This document shows, piece by piece, positions 42,723 through 52,848 of a stretch of DNA of 64,000 bases. The notes under the pieces are model-generated. The model made no database searches and was not told the DNA's origin. It saw nothing but the letters and a program-made list of their open reading frames with translations. The position numbers and the translations under genes were made by a program. This stretch comes from Candidatus Stahliibacteriota bacterium (GTDB lineage: Bacteria; Hydrothermota; Tepidihabitantia; B3-TA06): positions 42,264-106,263 of the forward strand of contig SOJW01000035.1 in assembly GCA_004375895.1 (NCBI GenBank), written 5' to 3'. Position 1 is the stretch's first letter; each line of letters opens with the position of its first letter.

Positions 42723-43560
42723 CTTGTGCCCCTACCGCGGCCTGGTAGCGTTCGAGCGAGATCTTTTCTTCTTCCTTGAAGGAGGCCAGACGTTTTAAGA
42801 GCAGATCGAAGTTCACCTTGTGGCCGTCGAACTCCGGTCCGTGCACGCAGGCGTAGCGGGTCTCACCGCCGACCTCTACCCGGCAAACCCCACACATGCC
42901 GGTGGCATCTATCATGATTGAGTTGAGCGAGACCATCGTCTTTATGTTATAGTGGCGGGTCAAATCGCACACCGCCTTCATCATGATGGCAGGGCCTACA
43001 GCGATGATCTCGGCGATGGGACGACCTTTTTCCAGGTGATCTTTGAGTTCTGTGGTTACGAACCCTTCGCGGCCGTAGGTGCCGTCGTCGGTGGTGACGT
43101 AGACCTCGTCTGCAAAGGAGCGGAACTCCTCTTCCAGGATCACGATGTCCTTGGAGCGATAACCGAGAATGGCGATCACCTTGTTGCCCGCTTCCTTGTG
43201 CTTGCGGGCGATGGGCAGGACTTCGGCTGAGCCTACGCCGCCAGCGATGGCGAACACCTCGCCGTCAAGTTTTTCGATGGGTGTAGGATTACCAAGTGGC
43301 CCAATCACGTCGGCTATCTCGTCACCGGCATTCATTCGCCCCATCTGGAATGTAGTCTTACCCAGCTCCTGCACGTAGACGGTGATGGTTCCCGCTTGCG
43401 CGTCCGCGTCAGCGATAGTGATGGGGATGCGCTCACCCTTCTCATGCAACCGAAAGACAACGAACTGACCGGGCTGCCGCTTTTGGGCAATGATGGAAGC
43501 CTCGATTACAAAGCGATTTACCTCGGGATTTACGCGTTGGCGCTCAACGATACGGAACAT
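42715..43560 (-). CDS. nfnA: NfnA/SudB small subunit
   Basis: PGQFV..R...GERIP.TI, GPLGNP, DATGMCGVCR, CVHGPEFD. Confidence 0.9.
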   Translation of the reverse strand: MFRIVERQRVNPEVNRFVIEASIIAQKRQPGQFVVFRLHEKGERIPITIADADAQAGTITVYVQELGKTTFQMGRMNAGDEIADVIGPLGNPTPIEKLDGEVFAIAGGVGSAEVLPIARKHKEAGNKVIAILGYRSKDIVILEEEFRSFADEVYVTTDDGTYGREGFVTTELKDHLEKGRPIAEIIAVGPAIMMKAVCDLTRHYNIKTMVSLNSIMIDATGMCGVCRVEVGGETRYACVHGPEFDGHKVNFDLLLKRLASFKEEEKISLERYQAAVGAQDA

Positions 43561-43673
43561 CCAGCCTCCTTGGGGGGTTCAATTTCAAAGTTCGTGATTA
43601 TACGGGTTTGGGAAGGTGTGTCAATCAGTATGCACCCCACGAACCCGTCAGCCTTACATCGCACTCGTCACAA

Positions 43674-43739
43674 AAAAGGTGGTCAAAAGTTGGACAAAAG
43701 GTGGTCAAAAGCTACCCAAAAGTTGGACAAAAGTGGGAC
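43674..43739 (+). repeat. Six 11-bp direct repeats (AAAAG-N5-C)
   Basis: AAAAGGTGGTC/AAAAGTTGGAC/AAAAGGTGGTC/AAAAGCTACCC/AAAAGTTGGAC/AAAAGTGGGAC. Confidence 0.85.
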
Positions 43740-43862
43740 AGGATTTAAGGGGGTCCCCGCGGAATTGCAAAGCAATTTCGTGGGGTGTCAGTTCGTCAGG
43801 TTTCAATGGTGTTCTTCAGAAAGGGAGCTTACACTGGTTGGTAAATTCACAAAGGAGAGAAG

Positions 43863-44714
43863 ATGGGTACTAACATAAACGGATATGACGGTCATTTCAC
43901 GGGGACAAGCAAATATGGGAAATGTGTTTATAACGATCACATCACCAGAGCCCGGGCATGGCTGGCTATGAGGCTAGTTGGAGCATCCCCCAACCCCAGC
44001 GACCCTTGTCCTGTTGACGAGAGGGATGTGAAGACAGATTTCCCCCTCTCATACAAAGGGCAACCAAACCCCGACGACTGGACCAATCCGACAAAAACGG
44101 AAAACGGCAAAAAGGTAGTTGTCTATCCTCTGAAGCACCTTAACTCAAGCTTCAGGGAATGGGAAAATCATCTATGTATATCGAGTGGGGACTACCGCAT
44201 CACAAACGAAACAAATGATCTGAAGTTTGCCACAGCAAACGGAATGATTCGCAGCCCGAAGATTTACATCTCCGGGTACTGTGCGGCACTTGCCGTTATA
44301 CGTGCAGGGATCATGCACGAGGTATACGAGATGCGTGTAGGGAGCAAGTACGCATATTATAATCTGCGTTTCCAGGGTGGGAGTGCTCCATGTCATACGA
44401 ACGCGGGGGATCGCGAAAAAAAGGTTACTACTTTTGAGGATCCTTCCGAGACCATGATGCGCAAATCGAACACTGAACTCTGCAGATACGAACTGGAAGT
44501 AATCTGCGACAAGATTAAGGAACAGGAAGGCAGGGAAGACTGGTTTTACAGGAAGTGTACGGCTATCGCCGAGGAGATAAGGAACACCAATCACAAGTAC
44601 ATACCTGGGTATTGTGAGATATACGTTCGGCAAGCTTATCAGAATCCTCGTCAATCTCAAATAGGCAAGTTCTTCGAGGAGGCAAAGAGGAGGAGGATAC
44701 GGTTTTCGCATTGA
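43863..44714 (+). CDS. Hypothetical protein with HExxE motif
   Basis: AAAGGAG RBS; IYIS strand followed by MHEVYE and a downstream His. Confidence 0.7.
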   Translation: MGTNINGYDGHFTGTSKYGKCVYNDHITRARAWLAMRLVGASPNPSDPCPVDERDVKTDFPLSYKGQPNPDDWTNPTKTENGKKVVVYPLKHLNSSFREWENHLCISSGDYRITNETNDLKFATANGMIRSPKIYISGYCAALAVIRAGIMHEVYEMRVGSKYAYYNLRFQGGSAPCHTNAGDREKKVTTFEDPSETMMRKSNTELCRYELEVICDKIKEQEGREDWFYRKCTAIAEEIRNTNHKYIPGYCEIYVRQAYQNPRQSQIGKFFEEAKRRRIRFSH

Positions 44715-44744
44715 CAAAGGTTTACTTTCGACTATTATCTACGT

Positions 44745-46304
44745 ATGCGAGAGGGTAGAGCATGCGCCTTGAGTTTTATCTTAATCTGTCTTGCAAGTTG
44801 CGGTCGTTCCTCCAAGCAAGAGACCAGCCTGCCGCTTGTGCTTTCCATCTCTGTGGACGGCGGGTTCAACGAATACTTCGACCTCACTGATAGTCTGCTT
44901 TATGGTGTTCGATTGGTTCAAACGGACAACGAAGAGTTTGGACTTATGCTTCGCCGGTTCTCACTGGCAGATTCAGGCATCTGCGACACACAGGTTTTTC
45001 CTTGTCCCTGCAAGGACTCCTCGGACTGGTTTTTCTATCCCGGCTTGCGGTTTGAGGTCAAATTATACGCCTCGGATCGCTACTTTGAACGCCTGCCGCA
45101 TCGAGGCTGGAAGCTTTTCCCCGTACCGCTGGGGGATACCTCAAATATGCTTTATCGGGGTGAAGTAATATCGTTCGTTCAGGATTATGTCTCTCAAGAA
45201 TCCTTCCAGAGCACTTTGCGCAGACGTTGGGAACATTTCTATATAATAGACATACACTCTGCGATCCCCCGAACAGTCGCCTGCGTCGAAGGAGAGGTTG
45301 TGGACGTTGCCGACCCATACCTTCTTTTACTATCAGGTTACGGTTACACCAATCAGTGTAACCGGGAAGTGGAGCCTACCCCAAGATACGTTCAAGGTTG
45401 CGAACTTATCCTTATAGATATGCGAGACATGCACGAGCTAGGACGTTTACCGGTAACGCTTGAAAACGACGCATGGGAGATATGGTATAGAGCCTGCTTG
45501 ACCCCTGACCATAAGCTGCTTTACACGGAGATGGTTGAGTGGCCTGAAGGCTGGCGTTATTTCCCAGGGATCGATAAGTTGGTTTCCGAAGAAGAGGTCT
45601 GGACTTCTGCCTGGTATAGATTCTTGGACGATTTTCCAGTGTTGCGATACTACATCCTGGAGCAGAGATCCGTGTTCATCTGGGACATTGACTCTGCAGA
45701 CGTATCCCGCAGCGAACTTCTTCTCCCTCTCGATGCGTTTAGCCCTTCTACCGGAAGATGTCTTGATAATGAGGGCAGGACTATATTCATCTCTCACCTG
45801 CAAGGCTGGGGATTTCACATATTCGAATACAAACCATCGTTCGTTCAGGTCCCAGCGATCTCTGATCTTTCCAGCACCCCTGAGGAACTCGGCTGGTGCA
45901 GAAAATTTGTACCCCCACTTTACAGAAGATTGTATTGGATGCTCTCGCCTGAAAGACGATGGCTGGCGGTGAGTACTGGCAGGGACGAGATAGTCCTTCT
46001 GCCAGCGTGTGAGCTTGCCGATCCCGAACTTAAAAGAAAGAAATTCCCAAAGATAAAATCGAATACGGTTGTGTATATAGATTTCGCACCCGGCGAGGAT
46101 TGGGTTCTTACAGGGAACCGTCCAGGTGCCGTTCCCCTTCTTTACGCCTGCGGTCAAGACAACCCTCCAATCTCTCTGCTTTCATCAAATGAGATAGACT
46201 TCCAGGAGGCCTTTTTCTCGCCCGACGGAAAGCATGTAGGTTACATCTGCCGTTTAGAAGGCGAGAACTACTATCGCCTTCAGGTACGCCGCCTCCCCCC
46301 GTAA
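44745..46304 (+). CDS. Lipoprotein with TolB-like/beta-propeller C-terminus
   Basis: Lipobox LASC; LSPERRWLA, FSPDGKHV. Confidence 0.7.
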   Translation: MREGRACALSFILICLASCGRSSKQETSLPLVLSISVDGGFNEYFDLTDSLLYGVRLVQTDNEEFGLMLRRFSLADSGICDTQVFPCPCKDSSDWFFYPGLRFEVKLYASDRYFERLPHRGWKLFPVPLGDTSNMLYRGEVISFVQDYVSQESFQSTLRRRWEHFYIIDIHSAIPRTVACVEGEVVDVADPYLLLLSGYGYTNQCNREVEPTPRYVQGCELILIDMRDMHELGRLPVTLENDAWEIWYRACLTPDHKLLYTEMVEWPEGWRYFPGIDKLVSEEEVWTSAWYRFLDDFPVLRYYILEQRSVFIWDIDSADVSRSELLLPLDAFSPSTGRCLDNEGRTIFISHLQGWGFHIFEYKPSFVQVPAISDLSSTPEELGWCRKFVPPLYRRLYWMLSPERRWLAVSTGRDEIVLLPACELADPELKRKKFPKIKSNTVVYIDFAPGEDWVLTGNRPGAVPLLYACGQDNPPISLLSSNEIDFQEAFFSPDGKHVGYICRLEGENYYRLQVRRLPP

Positions 46305-46380
46305 CACACACTCTTTGAGTCTTCGAGGGTGTAAGAACCTTGACTCTATGCTCCTCGTCGAATACAATCAAGGTAGAAAT

Positions 46381-46454
46381 AACCACGGATTGCACAGATT
46401 TCACTGATTCAAGGATTCTAAATAAATCTGAGTAATCTGTGTAATCTGCGGTTT
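46381..46454. repeat. Inverted pair of 9-mer tandem arrays
   Basis: AACCACGGATTGCACAGATTTCACTGATT ... AATCTGAGTAATCTGTGTAATCTGCGGTT. Confidence 0.8.
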
Positions 46455-46491
46455 CACTTGACTAGTGCTTTATCGTCTACTACAATAGGGT

Positions 46492-47481
46492 ATGCGAATA
46501 GGAATCATCGGAGCCACCGGGCTGGTTGGGCGAACGACCTTGAAGATACTTGAAGAGAGGGGGTTTCCGGCATCGGAGCTTATCCTGTTTGCATCACAGC
46601 GCAGTGCGGGCGAGAAGATTCCCTTCAAGGGGAGCCAGGTGGAGGTGATGCCCATCAGTGATAACTGGGACCTTCTGGCCGATATATTCTTCTGCTCGGT
46701 TGCAGACGATGTGGCACAGGAACTGCTGAAGGACTACAAGGGCGAGGCATGGATCATAGATAAGTCCAAGGTGTTCCGGCTCGATCCAAAAGTTCCGCTG
46801 GTGGTACCCGAGGTAAACTGGGACGCGGTTGAGCGCTTGGACTCAAAGATCGTCGCCAACCCCAACTGCACCACCATCCCCTTCGTCATGGCCATGGCCG
46901 CTATCCGCAAGACGGCAAGACCTGAAAGGACGGTTGTTACATCACTTCAGTCCGCGTCCGGCGCGGGCAAGGCGGCGCTCGAAGAGCTGCGTCTGCAGCG
47001 AGAATATGTGACCGCAGGAGAGAAGATGCCTGAAGACGCAAGAGAGGTCTTCGGACCTACCCTTGCTGCCAACCTTATACCGCAGATCGGATCGTTTGAT
47101 AAGGCAGGCGAGGCATCCGAGGAGCGCAAGCTGAGAGATGAGTCGAGGAAAATCTTAGGAGACGAAACGTTATCTATCCATGCTACCTGTGTGCGGGTAC
47201 CGGTCGAGGTGGGACACTCACTTTCGGTGACATGCGTGTTCCAAGAGGAAGTGGGTTTGAAGGCAATCAAGAAGTCTATAGAGTCGTTCCCAGGCATCAA
47301 GATGATGGAAGGAGACGAGCTTATCACCCCCCTAGATGTTGCCGGAAAAGACGAGGTGTTCTGCGCAAGACTTCGGCACGATCCGATGGATAAGAAGGTT
47401 ATCCACCTCTGGCTCGTCACCGATAACCTTCGCAAGGGGGCTGCGCTGAACGCCGTGCAGATAGCCGAAAGTCTTATCTAG
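46492..47481 (+). CDS. asd: Aspartate-semialdehyde dehydrogenase
   Basis: GATGLVG, VPEVN, ANPNCTT, QSASGAG, TCVRVPV..GHS, DNLRKGAALNAVQIAE. Confidence 0.97.
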   Translation: MRIGIIGATGLVGRTTLKILEERGFPASELILFASQRSAGEKIPFKGSQVEVMPISDNWDLLADIFFCSVADDVAQELLKDYKGEAWIIDKSKVFRLDPKVPLVVPEVNWDAVERLDSKIVANPNCTTIPFVMAMAAIRKTARPERTVVTSLQSASGAGKAALEELRLQREYVTAGEKMPEDAREVFGPTLAANLIPQIGSFDKAGEASEERKLRDESRKILGDETLSIHATCVRVPVEVGHSLSVTCVFQEEVGLKAIKKSIESFPGIKMMEGDELITPLDVAGKDEVFCARLRHDPMDKKVIHLWLVTDNLRKGAALNAVQIAESLI

Positions 47482-47563
47482 CCATCCAACCATTACCAAT
47501 TTACCCGTTATACAGCGTTTGCCCTATTGACACCTTTCTTTTCTTACGGTATATTTTTTATCC

Positions 47564-48526
47564 ATGTGGCTCGAGCGTGTCAAAAAAGCCCTTTCGGGGC
47601 GGATTTCCATTCTTATTGATGCCGGAAACCGCAACAAGGTAAGACGAATTGCCGCGCCCAGGTGGCTTTGCGCAACGATTTCTCTCCTCGTGATCTCGCT
47701 CGTAGTCGGTTTAGGTACTTATGGCCTGAAAAGTACGTTCTTCCACAACAAATTAAGCCGCCTGGAACGAGAAAATCAAGAGGTCCTGCGGCGATTTGCG
47801 GGTCTTGAAAAATCCACTGACTCTTTGACAACATTACTGGCTTACATGGACCGGCACGACATCCAACTCCGCATCCGGAAAGGTTTGGAAGTATTACCTG
47901 CAGATGTCCGCGAACTCGGTGTCGGTGGCTCTGTAATGAAAGGTCCTGAGATCACAGCCTTGCGTGAGATGAATAGCCCGTACTACTCTGACGTCAACAG
48001 AATCTCCGAAGAGATTGATGCACTACAGCGCAAAGCGAACTACCAAGCTGAAAGCTTTTCAGAGGTAGAAACCAAGCTCTTAAAGGACACCGAGATGTGG
48101 GATCACACCCCTTCGATCGTTCCCACCAGAGGTCGGTTCAGCGGCAAGTTCGGCTACCGCCGCGACCCGATCCTTGGCATCCGTAAGATGCACTGCGGGG
48201 TGGACATAACCAACAAGATTGAAACCCCTGTGATTGCTGCAGCAGACGGCGTGGTCTCGTTTGCCGGACGTCTTGCCGGATACGGCAACATGGTGAAGAT
48301 AAACCATGGTTACGAGATCCAGACGATCTACGCTCATCTCTCCGAGATCTATGTCGAGGTCGGTCAGGAGATCAAAAGATACGAAATAATTGCAGCCATA
48401 GGCAACACCGGCAGAACCGTAGGCCCGCACCTGCACTACGAGGTACGCGTGGCGGGCAAAACAGTCAACCCCGAAGGCTACTTCCTTGACGCCGAAGAAA
48501 ACCTGATCCAATACCCTATGCCTTAG
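47564..48526 (+). CDS. M23 family metallopeptidase
   Basis: TM, coiled coil, HCGVD, YAHL, GPHLHYEV. Confidence 0.92.
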   Translation: MWLERVKKALSGRISILIDAGNRNKVRRIAAPRWLCATISLLVISLVVGLGTYGLKSTFFHNKLSRLERENQEVLRRFAGLEKSTDSLTTLLAYMDRHDIQLRIRKGLEVLPADVRELGVGGSVMKGPEITALREMNSPYYSDVNRISEEIDALQRKANYQAESFSEVETKLLKDTEMWDHTPSIVPTRGRFSGKFGYRRDPILGIRKMHCGVDITNKIETPVIAAADGVVSFAGRLAGYGNMVKINHGYEIQTIYAHLSEIYVEVGQEIKRYEIIAAIGNTGRTVGPHLHYEVRVAGKTVNPEGYFLDAEENLIQYPMP

Positions 48527-48530
48527 AGTT

Positions 48531-48569
48531 CCCCCCGTAACACCACAACACCGCAACACCGTAACACCG
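48531..48569. repeat. Intergenic 8-bp-unit version of the GTAACAC repeat
   Basis: CCCCCC GTAACACC ACAACACC GCAACACC GTAACACC G. Confidence 0.85.
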
Positions 48570-48753
48570 ATTCCCGTGTAAACGACTACTTTTTGCCGAC
48601 CGCAGAAAGTGAATAACTCAAATTGTGAAAAATCGGCAACCGACTAAATTCTATCAAAACGATAGCCTTTTGTGAATCCTTGATTGTGAAGGGTCTGTGA
48701 AATAGACTATTTAGCTCTTGACAACATACTCGGTTTGCTATATACTTATTGTG

Positions 48754-49707
48754 ATGTTCAAGCGTGTCATCTCCTGGCTGTTCAAGCGTATCAACTTCTT
48801 AATTGATGGGGGACCACGCGGTAAAGTAACGCGGCTGGCAATACCACGATGGGGATTATTGTCGGTTGCGGTCGCTTTCAGCCTCCTTATAGGCTTCGCA
48901 GGCCTCTTCATAACCTCTCGTGCCACGGAACAAATCGACTACGATAAACTGACCCGTCTTGAAGAAAACAATAAGCTCCTCGAGATTCAGTACCAACAGC
49001 TCAATGAACAGATCGATTCACTCAAGACCCTGCTTGTCCTACTTGGTAAGCACGACCTCCAACTTCGCGTCCAAGCCAATATGAGGGTCCTGCCGGAGGA
49101 TGTTCGCGAACTCGGCGTGGGCGGAGAAAAGAAAAAGGATAGGGAGCTGCTGGCATTAGAGCAGATAAAAAGCAAACAATATCAGGATGTAACCGAGATA
49201 TCCAACACCGTTGACGAACTCCTGCGCAAGGCAAAATATCAGAAGGAAAGCTTTGCAAATATCGGGGAGAAACTCAAGAAAAACAAGAATCTTCGAGATC
49301 ACACCCCATCGATTCGGCCTTGCAACGGCTGGCAGTGTAGTGGATTCGGTTACCGTATAGATCCCTTTACCAAGCGCCCAAGGATGCACAACGGCGTTGA
49401 CATCTCGAACGCTCCGGGAACACCTATCGTGGCGACCGCCGATGGGGTGATTTCATATATAGGTGCGCGTTCCGGTTACGGCCTGTGCATCAAGCTGGAT
49501 CACGGTAACGAGATCGAAACGTTCTATGCTCACGTGGGAGGTATATATGTAAAGCCGGGTGAGGAGGTATTACGCGGCCAGGTGATAGCAGTCATGGGAG
49601 CAACCGGACGCACAACAGGCACCCATCTGCACTACGAGGTAAGGGTAGGGGGTAAAGCGGTTAACCCGCTCAACTACATCATCGACGAAAGCGAATTCAG
49701 TTTCTAA
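48754..49707 (+). CDS. M23 family metallopeptidase (tandem paralog)
   Basis: HNGVD, HLHYEV; LP.DVRELGVGG shared with 47564. Confidence 0.92.
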   Translation: MFKRVISWLFKRINFLIDGGPRGKVTRLAIPRWGLLSVAVAFSLLIGFAGLFITSRATEQIDYDKLTRLEENNKLLEIQYQQLNEQIDSLKTLLVLLGKHDLQLRVQANMRVLPEDVRELGVGGEKKKDRELLALEQIKSKQYQDVTEISNTVDELLRKAKYQKESFANIGEKLKKNKNLRDHTPSIRPCNGWQCSGFGYRIDPFTKRPRMHNGVDISNAPGTPIVATADGVISYIGARSGYGLCIKLDHGNEIETFYAHVGGIYVKPGEEVLRGQVIAVMGATGRTTGTHLHYEVRVGGKAVNPLNYIIDESEFSF

Positions 49708-49711
49708 TCCG

Positions 49712-50347
49712 GTGCCTCGCTCAAAATCTTCCCTAAACACTGGAACACCCAAAAAGAAGGCAAGGAAAAGGGACGGACCTGCTTTGCAGGATCCAAAAGA
49801 ATCCCTAAACGAACGCCCAGCAAAAAAGTGGCAATGGGCATCCTGGAGGCAGTGGGTAAGAGCAGCGATTGCGATGGCCGCTGTTTTGCTACTGGATCAG
49901 ATCTCCAAGGTGCTTATCGTAGCCAACCTCGATCTTAATGAGTGGGTGACGTGGATCGATCCCGTGTTGAAGGTAACCCACGCCCACAACTACCGCGGGA
50001 TATTCAGCCTCTCCTTCGGCCCTCAGTGGCTTTACATAATCCTGCCGATGGTTGCGGTTGGATTTGTTATCTACCTTCTGCTTCGTCCGCAGCCTAAGTT
50101 TGTTACGGTACTTCTGGGACTGATCCTTGGCGGAGGCTTCGGCAACTTCATAGACCGAGTAAGACTGGGGTACGTGATTGACTGGATAAGCATGGGGGTT
50201 CGCACCTGGCGCTGGGCTACCTACAACATAGCCGACAGTTCCATAGTCATAGCTGTGATAATCCTCTTGATCACGGAGTTCTTCTTCACGAGACCCAAGA
50301 AGAAAGACGAACCCGAAGAAGCCGACCTCGAAGCAGAAAAGCCCTGA
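49712..50347 (+). CDS. lspA: Lipoprotein signal peptidase
   Basis: DQISK, N.RG.FS, GG..GNFIDR, VIDWI, YNIADS. Confidence 0.93.
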   Translation: MPRSKSSLNTGTPKKKARKRDGPALQDPKESLNERPAKKWQWASWRQWVRAAIAMAAVLLLDQISKVLIVANLDLNEWVTWIDPVLKVTHAHNYRGIFSLSFGPQWLYIILPMVAVGFVIYLLLRPQPKFVTVLLGLILGGGFGNFIDRVRLGYVIDWISMGVRTWRWATYNIADSSIVIAVIILLITEFFFTRPKKKDEPEEADLEAEKP

Positions 50348-50958
50348 GACCCCTACCTCATCAACACAACCTTAACGGTGTGACCTTCTTCACCACCTCA
50401 AACCTGATCAAGTAAACCCCGGTCGAAACCCGCTCCCCTACATCGTCGGAGCCGTCCGCCGTTCCAAGCAGCTCCCAGTTTTTGCCTCTCCCGTGCAGTG
50501 CGGAATGATGGAAGCCTTATCTAAAGCAACGAGTTATGTCCGAGACACATCCACGTTCGACTTAACAGTTGTTCTTTGTCACCAATATCCTGAAGAACCA
50601 ACTCAGATTACCGCAGTTGCCCGCATCTATTTAGAGGTTCCTGTTCTTATGACCACAGAAAAATGTCCATGGTCAACACATCGTTGCCAAGCAAGAGGGG
50701 ATTGAGATCGTCGAGAAGGAGGGGGGGATGAAGCTTTCATCAATGTGAGTGTAACCCCGGTAACCATCTCCCCGCGCACGACCCCCCCCTTGACATTCAT
50801 GGATTCCCGCCTTATTATCCTCCAGATAGAGCCCTACGAGGTTTGTCTCGGAAATTTGGGAAGTTAGAAAAAAACAAACCGAATAGGAGCTTTTGCTCTT
50901 GACAAACTTTTGTCTGGCTCTATAATACTCGCACATGATTAAATTAAAGGAGGTGCAA

Positions 50959-51249
50959 ATGCACAAGCGACTTATCGTACTGGGTGTGCTGGTCGTCTTC
51001 GGACTTGGCTTGCTTGCGGGTTGCGGAGCCTCCAAGCAGTTAATCGCTGAGATGGAAGCCGCGTGTCAAGCAGCGGACGATGCCGAAGCCAGGCTTGCCA
51101 GCCTTGAGTCGCAGCTCCAAACTCTTCAGTCTGATAAAGCCGAAAAAGAGGCCCGCATCCAGGAACTAGAAGAAACGATCGCCGAGCTTGAGAGCGCTAA
51201 GCCATCCCGTGGTGAAGGCGGCAAGCCCGCGCGAGCCACAGTAAAGTAG
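50959..51249 (+). CDS. Short coiled-coil lipoprotein
   Basis: TTGACA/TATAAT promoter, AAGGAGGT RBS, LAGC lipobox, heptad-rich body. Confidence 0.8.
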   Translation: MHKRLIVLGVLVVFGLGLLAGCGASKQLIAEMEAACQAADDAEARLASLESQLQTLQSDKAEKEARIQELEETIAELESAKPSRGEGGKPARATVK

Positions 51250-51257
51250 GAGGACCC

Positions 51258-51845
51258 ATGGCGAAGAAGATTCTCATTCTATTGACAGTGGGTCTGGTTC
51301 TGTTCGCGGGTGTGGCCTATGGCGCCAGGATGAAGAAAAAGGACGCGGAAACGCAGCTAGAGACCTGCAACATCCGTGAGGCGGCTGCTGAAGAAGGAAT
51401 CGGCAACATTGATCCTAAAGTAAACGCCTTAAAGGACGAGGTGGCTGCTCTGGACACCAAGATTGCCGAGCTTGAAGCGCGTCTTGCCGAGCTCGAGGCA
51501 GAGCCTCGCTACTGGGGCCGTTACACCGTTAAGTCCGGTGACTATCTCTACAAGATCGCTGCAGATGAATACGTCTACCATGACGGCTCCAAGTGGCCGG
51601 CAATCTACGAGGCAAACAACGACATCATCTCCGATCCGAATCTGATCTATCCGGGCTGGGTACTCTTTATACCCGGCGTCAACGAATGGAAAGTGAAGTC
51701 GGGTAACTGGCTGTGGAAGATCGCCAACTCTGTAGCGGTATACGGAGACGGCTCCAAGTGGCCGGCAATCTACGAGGCAAACAAAGATCAGATTAATGAT
51801 CCGGACCTGATCTATCCGAACCAAGTCTTTGTTATTCCGCGTTAA
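51258..51845 (+). CDS. Exported coiled-coil protein with two LysM domains
   Basis: YTVKSGD.L.KIA..W.AIYEAN..I.DP.LIYP pattern twice. Confidence 0.92.
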   Translation: MAKKILILLTVGLVLFAGVAYGARMKKKDAETQLETCNIREAAAEEGIGNIDPKVNALKDEVAALDTKIAELEARLAELEAEPRYWGRYTVKSGDYLYKIAADEYVYHDGSKWPAIYEANNDIISDPNLIYPGWVLFIPGVNEWKVKSGNWLWKIANSVAVYGDGSKWPAIYEANKDQINDPDLIYPNQVFVIPR

Positions 51846-51909
51846 GCGCAACATGATTGTTGAGGGGAAGACGAATTAGTCTTCCCCTCTTCCCATCTTC
51901 CATTGACCC

Positions 51910-52848
51910 ATGTCACGACGTATCCTGAAGATAAAGGACGTTGACCCACTCCTTTTAACCGGGGTGGGTGAAGAGAATCTGCGTGTCCTGCGAGGAAACT
52001 TTGATGTCCAGATTGTGGCAAGGGGCACAAAACTTGCTCTTGAGGGTAGGGATGCTGAGGTAGATAAAGTCAGCAACCTGATAGAACGTCTCTGTGGGAT
52101 GATAAGGTCGGGAAGACTTATTACCCCAGAGATCGTGCTTACCGAGACAGAAGGGTTGCGAGGAGTACGCAAACTCCAGGATCAGGAAGAGGGCGTGACC
52201 TACACCCCGCGTAAGGTTATCCGTCCCCAGTCCGAACATCAGGCAAGATACATAAAAAGCATAGATGAAAACTCGATAACCTTCAGCATCGGGCCGGCAG
52301 GAACGGGCAAGACCTATCTCGCGGTTGCCAAGGCGGTCGAGGCGCTCACAAACGACCAGATCGACCGTATCATCCTCACCCGACCCGCGGTTGAGGCTGG
52401 GGAGTCACTGGGGTTCCTGCCAGGGGACTTGAAGGAGAAGGTGGACCCCTACCTGCGTCCGCTGTATGATGCGCTCTCCGACATGATCCCTGCCGAGCGC
52501 ATGAGACGCTTTTTGGATAATCAGGTTATCGAGATAGCCCCGCTTGCTTTCATGAGAGGCAGAACACTTTCGGACGCCTACATCATCCTTGACGAGGCCC
52601 AGAACACCACCCCCATACAGATGAAGATGTTCCTCACGCGCCTTGGCTGGAACTCACATGCAATCATAACCGGTGATGTTACTCAGATCGATCTGGAGCA
52701 TTCCGAGCAGTCAGGGCTGCTTGATGCGAGGAAGTTACTCCAGGAGATCGAAGGGGTAGTATTCGTTCACTTCGATTCCACGGATGTGGTTCGCCCGCCT
52801 CTGGTATCGGCAATAATCGAGGCCTATGATAAGAAAAAACCTTCGTAG
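51910..52848 (+). CDS. phoH: PhoH family ATPase
   Basis: GPAGTGKTYLA, RPAVEAGE.LGFLPGD, MRGRTL, DEAQN. Confidence 0.95.
   Translation: MSRRILKIKDVDPLLLTGVGEENLRVLRGNFDVQIVARGTKLALEGRDAEVDKVSNLIERLCGMIRSGRLITPEIVLTETEGLRGVRKLQDQEEGVTYTPRKVIRPQSEHQARYIKSIDENSITFSIGPAGTGKTYLAVAKAVEALTNDQIDRIILTRPAVEAGESLGFLPGDLKEKVDPYLRPLYDALSDMIPAERMRRFLDNQVIEIAPLAFMRGRTLSDAYIILDEAQNTTPIQMKMFLTRLGWNSHAIITGDVTQIDLEHSEQSGLLDARKLLQEIEGVVFVHFDSTDVVRPPLVSAIIEAYDKKKPS

Noticed and set aside
43674..43739. CRISPR array
   Set aside because: Units are 11 bp with no spacers; no CRISPR-like array or cas gene seen anywhere in the window
50350..50750. Gene or pseudogene in the spacer after lspA
   Set aside because: Only short ORFs without RBS or recognisable motifs
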